Shown: positions 9,595 through 17,205 of the stretch, one piece after another
Layout: each line of letters begins with the position of its first letter
Numbering within the stretch: the stretch's first letter is position 1
IMG/VR virus record: IMGVR_UViG_3300014775_001342
Span: 1 to 29,660 of that record
Direction: 5' to 3' (one strand)
Origin: a virus
Lineage: Duplodnaviria; Caudoviricetes
DNA length: 29,660 nucleotides
Notes under the pieces: model-generated
What the model was told of the DNA's origin: nothing
The model's database searches: none
The model's input: the letters and a program-made list of their open reading frames with translations, nothing else
Program-made: the position numbers and the translations under genes

Positions 9595-9601
9595 TAAAGG
9601 A

Positions 9602-11134
9602 CTATAGAGTAATCGTAGAACCGTCAAATCCAGTAAATACAATATCTCCAATAGCTTCGTTTTGTAACGCTTTTGAATCCTTGTAATACTGAATCGCAAC
9701 CTTCTCACCTAGTAATAGCTCAGAATCACTTCTATAATGCACTCCAGCATAGTCACGACCAAGCGCAACATTATGTGCTAGTTTATTGATCTCGCCGTGT
9801 ATTGTAATTTGTCCTGCATCGGCACCTGCATAGGCTTCTACGCTTAGACCATCACCTGCCGCTTGTCTCTCAGCAAGTCCAGTAGTTGACCATGCAGCAT
9901 CAGCAAGATAAATCTTAAGGATTGTAGCGCAAGCTCCTGAAATTGTTGCATGACCCGCTGGGTAAGCAGGGTGCGTTGGACTCCCCTCAGCATATTGTAA
10001 TGGAAGGAATGCTTTGTTCTCTCCACCTGCTGCAAGGTTAGCCGCTGCGATACTAGCAACAACTGCTGAGTTCTTAAGATCGGCGTGTACTGTTCCAACT
10101 GGTAAGTCACCGTCTAATTCTGCAACAACTCTAGCCGCTGTAGCTTCTGGACGTAATCTTAAGTGTTTTCTCCATTTCTGTACCCAAGCAGCCTTAAGAG
10201 CGTGTCTAGATACTTCTGCGATACCTGTAGTTAGCTCAACTGGACCACCTTGAGTAAGGAAAGCACCTTCATTTACTAAATCAGGGAAACCTGCATTTCT
10301 ACCAACACCTGCGTTAAGTAAAATTGCAGCAGCTTCATAAAAATGTTGGAACACCAAGTCAATGTGAACAGTAGATCCTAGTTGACGACCATTAAACATA
10401 TACTTAAGTACAGGATCAATAGTTTGAGCAACAGGCACGTTACCATTTTGAATATCAACAAAGTTTGCTTTAGTAATACCGTAAACACCAGTTTTAGTTG
10501 GTCCTTGTGGCTCATAAGCAAAGTTTCCTACACCAATAGTATGTAAGAATAGCTGAGAGATATAACCACCAACTGTACAACCTGGGGAAGAACCTCTAAA
10601 GAGAGTTTTAGCTGTAACTAATCCATTTTCTTTAGGTCCAACAAAGTCATCACCAAAAGCATTAATTGCGTCTAGTGCATCTTGGATCTCTTGAGAACCA
10701 TCTTCATAATCCTTGAATGGCTTTTCTCTAAGTAAATGCTTTGCATAAACTTCAACCATCTCAGCAGCGGTTTCACGACTGTTAAGCGCAGGAGCAGCAG
10801 CCATTGATAAACCTTCTGGATCTGCACCAGATAGTTCTAAACCTAGAGAACCTTGTGGTGATGCTTGCTTTCTAGTACCTGCTTTGTCTAGATCATCAAA
10901 ATCTGATTGTTTACCAGTTTCTAATGCTAGTTGTAGTTCTTTGATTCTTGATTCTTCGCACACCATAGTAGTTGCGTCATGAGTCATACCTTTAGAGTAC
11001 AAACCAACGTAAACGTCATTTTCAACGTCAGGATTTCTTACCTGACTTTCGTCTACCTCGATTGATCTTTTTGCGGCTTGCTCACTTCTACTTTTAAGCA
11101 ATGCGGATTTGATGTTCTTTACGTCTTTCTTCAT
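9602..11134 (-). CDS. Vanadium-dependent haloperoxidase (bromo/iodoperoxidase type, PAP2 superfamily)
   Basis: All three vanadate-binding motifs: ALKAAWVQKWRKHLRLRPE, EGSPTHPAYPAGHATISGACATILK, GEINKLAHNVALGRDYAGVHYRSD. Also the VBPO-type N-terminal elements YSKGMTHD and TLFRG...VGGYISQ. AGGAAGG RBS. Confidence 0.92.
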   Translation of the reverse strand: MKKDVKNIKSALLKSRSEQAAKRSIEVDESQVRNPDVENDVYVGLYSKGMTHDATTMVCEESRIKELQLALETGKQSDFDDLDKAGTRKQASPQGSLGLELSGADPEGLSMAAAPALNSRETAAEMVEVYAKHLLREKPFKDYEDGSQEIQDALDAINAFGDDFVGPKENGLVTAKTLFRGSSPGCTVGGYISQLFLHTIGVGNFAYEPQGPTKTGVYGITKANFVDIQNGNVPVAQTIDPVLKYMFNGRQLGSTVHIDLVFQHFYEAAAILLNAGVGRNAGFPDLVNEGAFLTQGGPVELTTGIAEVSRHALKAAWVQKWRKHLRLRPEATAARVVAELDGDLPVGTVHADLKNSAVVASIAAANLAAGGENKAFLPLQYAEGSPTHPAYPAGHATISGACATILKIYLADAAWSTTGLAERQAAGDGLSVEAYAGADAGQITIHGEINKLAHNVALGRDYAGVHYRSDSELLLGEKVAIQYYKDSKALQNEAIGDIVFTGFDGSTITL

Positions 11135-11146
11135 AACCCTTCCTTT

Positions 11147-12025
11147 TTAAATAGTTTGTGGTCCTAATCGTAGCATGATCAAAGACCTAGCGTTTATAGT
11201 AAAGTCTCCCACTGAAACTCTAACTTGTACTTCTAGATTCTCGCTCCCATTAAAAGATACTACAGCAGATAAAGCTAACAAGAAAACAAAATTTGAAGAA
11301 ACCGATTGAACTACTCTTTCCGTTCCTGAAACCTGTGTTCCACCCTTGTAAAAACTGAACCTGTTAAAAGCATTGTTGTTTTTACTACTTGCGTCAGCAT
11401 TAAAGTAAATGGCGTAATTTCCTGCTATTGGAGTAATTGAAAAATTAGGTATAGCTGAATCCATATTAGAGCTAGTCACATGGGAAACAGATGAATTTAC
11501 ATTGTAACTTAATATACCTGCTGCTTGAGCAATTTCAATACTAAACGGTGAAAATATGCCAACTGGACTACTGTTGTCTTGCAGTATTAACGATGTAACA
11601 GACTCTTGGGCTAATGTGCCAAGGGTTGTACCATCGCTGTATTTAACCATTATAGGCGCATCTGTTCTATTGTAAAGCTCATAGTTTGTGCCTATAGGTA
11701 TAGTCGTTGCATCTGGCAATATTATCGAGTAATTAACCTGCGTTCCTGTTACGAAATGAACTGATGTAGAGTTAGAGTTCAACAACAACATTCCATTATT
11801 ATTAGCTGTTGTAAATGTTGGGACAGTAATACTAGTTTTATTTGTTAGTTTTTTAACATTTTTAGCGTCATTGTCATTCATATCTAGATCGCCTTGCATT
11901 TTCCTTGAACCATCTAATTTCAAGAAGGTTAAATCCTCTGCAATTCTTTGCGCACTTTCATTGGCTAATTCTTTATCATCAGCTAACTCGGGCGAAATAA
12001 ATCTAGGTTTAATTAATGAAGCCAT
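11147..12025 (-). CDS. Fibre/spike-like virion protein
   Basis: FLKLDGSRKMQGDLDM fibre motif; IILPDATT beta domain; C-terminal beta-sandwich-like region. Confidence 0.65.
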   Translation of the reverse strand: MASLIKPRFISPELADDKELANESAQRIAEDLTFLKLDGSRKMQGDLDMNDNDAKNVKKLTNKTSITVPTFTTANNNGMLLLNSNSTSVHFVTGTQVNYSIILPDATTIPIGTNYELYNRTDAPIMVKYSDGTTLGTLAQESVTSLILQDNSSPVGIFSPFSIEIAQAAGILSYNVNSSVSHVTSSNMDSAIPNFSITPIAGNYAIYFNADASSKNNNAFNRFSFYKGGTQVSGTERVVQSVSSNFVFLLALSAVVSFNGSENLEVQVRVSVGDFTINARSLIMLRLGPQTI

Positions 12026-12026
12026 A

Positions 12027-12935
12027 TTATGATCTATACTTAAATCTTAATTCGTCACCAATTTGTATTTTCTGATTACCTGTTCCCACTAAAGTATTCA
12101 AAAATGTCACTTTGGCATTATCTACAATAAAATCTTCTGTCTCACCTTCAAAAATAGAAAGTCTATCAATATTCCCTATGACTGATCCTGTCTCTGGTAT
12201 TCTCTGTAACATGATAAAACCATTTGCAATTACAGTAGAATCAACCACTATCTTTTCGTCGTACCACACTATACTCTGTAGTTGTTGCACTTGCGACTCC
12301 GCTGCTGCTAGTTTTGCTTCTAGTGTGGCGTCTGCTAATATAGCTCTCTCTACCTCGGCGTTAATACTGTTTTGCAAAGCCTCGTCTGCTGCGATTCTTG
12401 CAGAAGTCTCAATTGCTAATTCACTGGTATGTGTACCTAACGCTGCATTGATTGCATCTTGTAAATCACTATCTGCATTCTGAAACGCTTCTACAATTTC
12501 AGTCAAAGAGTCCAAAGCACTTGGATCAATATTGCTTAGAATGTTATTGATTTGTTGCTGTAGGTTTTCATCTGCGGCTTGTCTTGTAGATGACTCTAAC
12601 ACTATGTCAGAGGTTAGCGCATCTATAAGTACCTGAAGGGCGTCATCTCTATCGTTTGATGTTGATTCTAAACTTACAATGTCATTAGCATTCTTGCTTA
12701 CAGATAATTCCAAAGCTGTGTCTGCTGCTATTCTGGCTGCTTCTTCTTGGCTAATATCAGCTTTAACTGCTGCTTCACCTGTAGCTAATTGCACTTTACC
12801 GTCACTATCTAGTTTAATTAGTTCTATATCGCCTAAGGCACCTTCTTGGATAATTGCTTGGTTGAGAAGAAGTCTTAGCTTTACGCCATCGACTGCCCCG
12901 TTTTCAATAAACTTCTTTTTTATTTGTGTAGCCAT
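12027..12935 (-). CDS. Coiled-coil fibre/whisker protein
   Basis: Repeated ExxARxAADxxLQ heptads and the DPSALDSLTEIVEA motif typical of phage fibres; GGAG RBS. Confidence 0.7.
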   Translation of the reverse strand: MATQIKKKFIENGAVDGVKLRLLLNQAIIQEGALGDIELIKLDSDGKVQLATGEAAVKADISQEEAARIAADTALELSVSKNANDIVSLESTSNDRDDALQVLIDALTSDIVLESSTRQAADENLQQQINNILSNIDPSALDSLTEIVEAFQNADSDLQDAINAALGTHTSELAIETSARIAADEALQNSINAEVERAILADATLEAKLAAAESQVQQLQSIVWYDEKIVVDSTVIANGFIMLQRIPETGSVIGNIDRLSIFEGETEDFIVDNAKVTFLNTLVGTGNQKIQIGDELRFKYRS

Positions 12936-12944
12936 TTATGTCTC

Positions 12945-13373
12945 CTACTCCCCAAGTAGTGTACTGTATATAATGATTATCTCATCCCCTATCTCAAAAA
13001 AATCTTCTAAACCCAACCCTGTAAATGATACCCCATTCTGCGTTCTATTATAATCTATATCTTCTATTTGCTGTATTCCACCAACAGGAAAAACAGAAAG
13101 CGGAAAGTTTCCAAGAGGTTCTGCTTCTAAGCCTATATTATTTGCATCTATGATTGCTTGATCGACTATTATTTTTTCTTTTATTTCTAAAACCCTGTTT
13201 GTTTCAATATGTGATTCAATCTGTTTTAAGGCTTCTACAACATTTGCATCATTTACAATGATTGACCCATTAAAATCTGCTAATTGCGTGTCACCTTCGA
13301 CAATACCTACGGCTTTGCATATCTGGTCAACCAGTTTGAGGGGAGATTTGAAACTTCGTAATACTGTAGCCAT
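12945..13373 (-). CDS. Virion accessory protein; C-terminal domain paralogous to that of 12027-12935
   Basis: EKIIVD...DY...VSF...EIGDEIIIIY aligns with EKIVVD...DF...VTF...QIGDELRFKY. Confidence 0.6.
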   Translation of the reverse strand: MATVLRSFKSPLKLVDQICKAVGIVEGDTQLADFNGSIIVNDANVVEALKQIESHIETNRVLEIKEKIIVDQAIIDANNIGLEAEPLGNFPLSVFPVGGIQQIEDIDYNRTQNGVSFTGLGLEDFFEIGDEIIIIYSTLLGE

Positions 13374-13374
13374 T

Positions 13375-13932
13375 TCAACCTAACTGTTCAATGTCTATAG
13401 TTTGAATACCGTTTGTACTTACTAAATACAACGATACCTCTGGTCCTACATCTCCGTATTGCCGTTCCTCCTTAGAAGCGATAGTTATTCCTTCTGTTAT
13501 TGGAGCAGTATTATCTGAATTAACTAAAATATCTCTATTGCTATTATTCTGTATTATCAAAATACTTCTATTATTTACATTAGGTATCTCAGTCCACGCT
13601 GTATCTGGCACAACTAAAGCAAAATGATCGTGAAATCGTGCTATGTCTCCAACTGGAGTTCCTGTTCCAACTGGTTGTGCCGCTGCATCTACATTGTCTT
13701 GGCAATCTTGTGTCCAAGTATCAATTGTTCTTTCTGTTGTGATTAACCTATTGCTTGTATTATATCCATAAGTAATTAAGACGCATGGACCACCGACAAC
13801 AACTTTTGGTTCTGCTCTATACTCAAAAGCTATCCTCCCATTAACATAAACATTACAAATTTTAGACAACTTACCTTGGTCATCTAATCTTAGTAATTCT
13901 TCGATTATGTGTAATGGTAAACTTTGTGTCAT
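13375..13932 (-). CDS. Putative virion structural protein
   Basis: 4-nt overlap with the upstream gene; beta-rich C-terminal domain (NRSILIIQNNS...GITI). Confidence 0.55.
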   Translation of the reverse strand: MTQSLPLHIIEELLRLDDQGKLSKICNVYVNGRIAFEYRAEPKVVVGGPCVLITYGYNTSNRLITTERTIDTWTQDCQDNVDAAAQPVGTGTPVGDIARFHDHFALVVPDTAWTEIPNVNNRSILIIQNNSNRDILVNSDNTAPITEGITIASKEERQYGDVGPEVSLYLVSTNGIQTIDIEQLG

Positions 13933-14288
13933 CTAGCATCTCTGAAACAAACCGCAACGTGCAAGTCTGAAACCTTTTCTTTCTCTTTGCCTTTCACTAA
14001 GGCAGACTCATCATAAATTACTCTAAAGTGAGCAAGCATATGCTCTTTCATGTCATGAAAAAATAATTCTTCCTCAAATTCCATTTTTGTGTCAGTAATA
14101 TCTTTCCAATCTTTTCCGTTTGGCGAAGTTTGAAATTTTAACTTAACAGCCTTTGATGGTTTGCCTTTTAACTTTGCAAAGATTGTAAAATTTTCTTGTC
14201 TTTGATTAAAAGAACAAGCCTTCTTACCTTTTTCGCCACGTTGACCTGTTTCGGTATCTATTAAAATATTTTGCGCTACACTTGCCAT
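13929..14288 (-). CDS. Putative small virion protein
   Basis: AGGGGGG RBS; LKFQTSPNGKDWKDI motif of small beta-sandwich phage proteins. Confidence 0.55.
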   Translation of the reverse strand: MASVAQNILIDTETGQRGEKGKKACSFNQRQENFTIFAKLKGKPSKAVKLKFQTSPNGKDWKDITDTKMEFEEELFFHDMKEHMLAHFRVIYDESALVKGKEKEKVSDLHVAVCFRDAR

Positions 14289-14300
14289 AATTCCCCCCTG

Positions 14301-14324
14301 TAGAAAGGGATTCCGAAGAATCCC
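14301..14324 (-). terminator. Intrinsic terminator/attenuator
   Basis: GGGAUUC-UUCG-GAAUCCC perfect hairpin with a C(UUCG)G loop followed by UUUCUA. Confidence 0.8.
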
Positions 14325-14329
14325 ATAAC

Positions 14330-14683
14330 TTAAAACTTATCTGATCGCTTACGCTTAATAACTAAAACATCAAAATCACCTTCGGCAGGAGTAGTTTCTG
14401 CTAGGTCGCTATGACATAGAACCTGTATAGTGCTATTGCTTACAGACTCTACTCTTGAAATAACACCTGCTGTTTTAGATGAAATTATTCCAACCAAATC
14501 TTCTTCTGATGCTTGGTCAAGCAAAGTCAATGTATAGTCACCAACTCCATTTGCCACAACTGAAAATTGCAGTGAATCCATACCTTCTAGTGAAGGTGTA
14601 CCTAATCCACTTTTAGATACATTATATAAGATGACTCCACGCTGAACCGCATGAATACATCTTTCAATCGTTTTTGTAGTCAT
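14330..14683 (-). CDS. Putative capsid decoration protein
   Basis: Directly after the major capsid gene and before a terminator; AAGGAG RBS; beta-rich, 117 aa. Confidence 0.55.
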   Translation of the reverse strand: MTTKTIERCIHAVQRGVILYNVSKSGLGTPSLEGMDSLQFSVVANGVGDYTLTLLDQASEEDLVGIISSKTAGVISRVESVSNSTIQVLCHSDLAETTPAEGDFDVLVIKRKRSDKF

Positions 14684-14695
14684 TGTAACTCCTTA

Positions 14696-14763
14696 TAGAA
14701 ACGGACAGGGCGCCCAATCCTAGACAACCCTGCCCAAAGTGAGGTGGGGAGATTCCTCACACC
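14696..14763 (-). terminator. Double hairpin after the major capsid gene (leaky terminator or RNA stabiliser)
   Basis: GUGAGG/CCUCAC stem (14739-14760) and GGGCAGGG/CCCUGUCC stem (14703-14735) followed by GUUUCU. Confidence 0.5.
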
Positions 14764-15948
14764 TTACACTGCTAAATTAGAAAGAACACCGTGAGCAGTA
14801 GGAGTAATGTAGTTTTCATAGTAACCACCATATCTCGCTTCATACTCATCTGAGCCACTCTTTCTTAAAAATACTGTTCCATCATCGTCAAACCAACCAA
14901 ACCCGGGTCTGTGGTGACACTCGATGAAGTTATCATTAAGGAAATACATTCTGTCTTCTTCACAAAAACGATCAGGGAATACACCAACTGCACCTCTTGT
15001 AGACATGAACTCTAGACCTTCAAACATGATAACGCCTTTTAACTTCTTGTCTCTTGCAGGTAGTGAATATCTCTTATGATCTTCGATTTCGTTCATAAGC
15101 TTTCTGTACTGAGTATATGAAGTAACAATTAAGTTAGGCGCACGACCAAACTTTCTTTCTACTTCAAGCATAACTTCGTTCATTCTGTCAGGAGTAATAC
15201 CTGCACCACTTGCATTGAATTGACTTGCTTGCCATCTTCTTGCAACTGGAATGTTGTATAATGAACCAGTAGTTGCATCAAGAACACCTTTTAATCCTTG
15301 AGGATCGTTGTTCTCTGAACCTTGCATGAAAATATCATCTGTACCAGCAGGTACTTGTGAACCAGTAACTCTAGTAACAACAACTTCTCTTGCAGAAGGA
15401 GTAACAGAGTCAACACTGAAAAGATCGCTGTTTCCAGATTCAATATTAACTAAGTCTTTTTCTTCAAAGTTTGCTTCTTTCCATGATGCTGCTGAAATTA
15501 CCAATGTATAGTTTCCACCACCATTGTCAGTAACAGAGTCAATGATACCAAGTTTACCGTCACCAGATCCAAAAAGGATTCTAGAGCAGTTTCTCATGTA
15601 AGACTCAACACATTTTTGTACAGTTTCTTTAGTAGCACGAACAAATGCACCCTTGTCATCTGCCGATGCTTTAATTGCTTCACGCTCAATTTCACAAGTA
15701 GCATAAACTTTCTTAGAAAGAATAAGAGCGTCACCATAGTTTGCAACACCTGCTACTGGTAAAGAACCAGAACCAACACCACCACTAAAAGAAAGCGGAG
15801 TCGCTACAAATCGTTGCTTACCTGTGAAGTCATATCTTTTCTTAATACGACCATGAAGCACGTTTGCACTGTTGTACATATTTTCAGATTTTTTGTAGTA
15901 ATTGATTTTAAAGAGGTTTGTAGCCTCTGATAAACTAAATGCAGTCAT
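14764..15948 (-). CDS. Major capsid protein (HK97 fold)
   Basis: 394 aa after portal and scaffold; PQGLKGVLDA...LYNI...W, PNLIVTS and MYFLN segments typical of podovirus capsid proteins; GGAAGG RBS. Confidence 0.88.
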   Translation of the reverse strand: MTAFSLSEATNLFKINYYKKSENMYNSANVLHGRIKKRYDFTGKQRFVATPLSFSGGVGSGSLPVAGVANYGDALILSKKVYATCEIEREAIKASADDKGAFVRATKETVQKCVESYMRNCSRILFGSGDGKLGIIDSVTDNGGGNYTLVISAASWKEANFEEKDLVNIESGNSDLFSVDSVTPSAREVVVTRVTGSQVPAGTDDIFMQGSENNDPQGLKGVLDATTGSLYNIPVARRWQASQFNASGAGITPDRMNEVMLEVERKFGRAPNLIVTSYTQYRKLMNEIEDHKRYSLPARDKKLKGVIMFEGLEFMSTRGAVGVFPDRFCEEDRMYFLNDNFIECHHRPGFGWFDDDGTVFLRKSGSDEYEARYGGYYENYITPTAHGVLSNLAV

Positions 15949-15973
15949 TTCTAAACCTTCCTAGTAAAATTTG

Positions 15974-17197
15974 TTAGTATAAATCATCGTAGTCGTTAAA
16001 CGACTCAATATGGTCATTATCAGCAGGGTCTTCGCTTCCGTAATATTTGTAATTACCCTTATTTTCTGGTGCTAGTCTTGCTTGACCTGTCTTTTGCGCT
16101 CTCTCTAGAAGTTCCCTGTCTTTTTGCTCTATGCCAAGCACATCTTTGAGCATTTCAACAGCTTCCTCGTCGCTCATTGACGGATCTTCTGCAAAAATAG
16201 TCGCCATTTCAACAACCAAATCATCATTGTTCACAGCTTCACTGTCTAAAGAACCAATGAGATGTTCAGACTTTTCAATTAGCGGCTTCATAAAAGCATG
16301 ATTTACCACTAATTCCTCAGTTATCCCTTCTTCACCTAATTCTTGCAACTCGTTATAGCTGCTAACAAAATCTTCCCGACTCACACCTCGGCTTCCCATC
16401 ATTTGCTCCAACGCAGCTTGAGACTCCCTTTGGCTTACCTCTTGCTGTTGTAGCTCCTGCATGGACCGCATTTGTTCCCTCAGGAATTGAGCTTCTTCGG
16501 ACGCTTGCTCTGCCTGTATCTGTTCTGGCGTCATATCAGCCATTCTGATAAAGTCAGGAGTAAGCGATTCCATAAGGGCTCTTTTAAAAGAATACTTATT
16601 TCCACCGCTTTGCGCAACTAGAAATTCTATAGCCTCATAAGCGTTTCCTTGCTGTATCATTTCGTGCATTTTGCCCAAATCGTTATACAGCCTATCTCTT
16701 TGCTCTACATACTCTTGTAATTCATAATCTTTTTCTTCTAACTCTGCTTGCCATTCTTGCATTTCAGAGTCTAACTCTTGGAATTTCTTATCCCATGCAA
16801 CTTGACCTGCTTCATGGTTTCTGAGATCAGATAGTTTCCTGTACTCTGTTTCGCCATTAACAATAACAGGTATTTCCGTGTCAGGATCTAATTCTAATTC
16901 GTTTTCGCCAAGCTTTGCTTTTAAAAACTTAATTTCTATTTTTTCTTCGTCTTTTTCAGCAGTATGCTCAATTTCTTTATCAGCAACTTCTCTTTCTTCT
17001 GTCTCAGCTTTTCCTTCGACTTCTGGCTTATCCTCTGGTTTCGCTTCAACTTTTTCTTCTCTACTTTCAACGTACTGCTCTCTTGATCTTTCTACAGATT
17101 CAAAATCATCAAAATCTGGTCCTTGACCGCCACTAACCGTGATCGTTCCATCTGGATCTCCGTCCATTCTTGATTCAATTACTTCTGTATCGCTCAT
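15974..17197 (-). CDS. Capsid scaffolding protein
   Basis: Very acidic E/Q-rich coiled coil, VIVNGETEYRKLSDL motif, between portal and capsid genes. Confidence 0.75.
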   Translation of the reverse strand: MSDTEVIESRMDGDPDGTITVSGGQGPDFDDFESVERSREQYVESREEKVEAKPEDKPEVEGKAETEEREVADKEIEHTAEKDEEKIEIKFLKAKLGENELELDPDTEIPVIVNGETEYRKLSDLRNHEAGQVAWDKKFQELDSEMQEWQAELEEKDYELQEYVEQRDRLYNDLGKMHEMIQQGNAYEAIEFLVAQSGGNKYSFKRALMESLTPDFIRMADMTPEQIQAEQASEEAQFLREQMRSMQELQQQEVSQRESQAALEQMMGSRGVSREDFVSSYNELQELGEEGITEELVVNHAFMKPLIEKSEHLIGSLDSEAVNNDDLVVEMATIFAEDPSMSDEEAVEMLKDVLGIEQKDRELLERAQKTGQARLAPENKGNYKYYGSEDPADNDHIESFNDYDDLY

Positions 17198-17205
17198 AAC
17201 TCCCC

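Noticed and set aside
9602-11134. Reading this gene as an ordinary PAP2 acid phosphatase
   Set aside because: 510-aa soluble protein with haloperoxidase-type flanks and N-terminal elements; not excluded biochemically but less likely
14684-14800. Programmed frameshift or readthrough extending the capsid protein
   Set aside because: TAA stop, no slippery heptamer noticed, and the next gene has its own strong RBS
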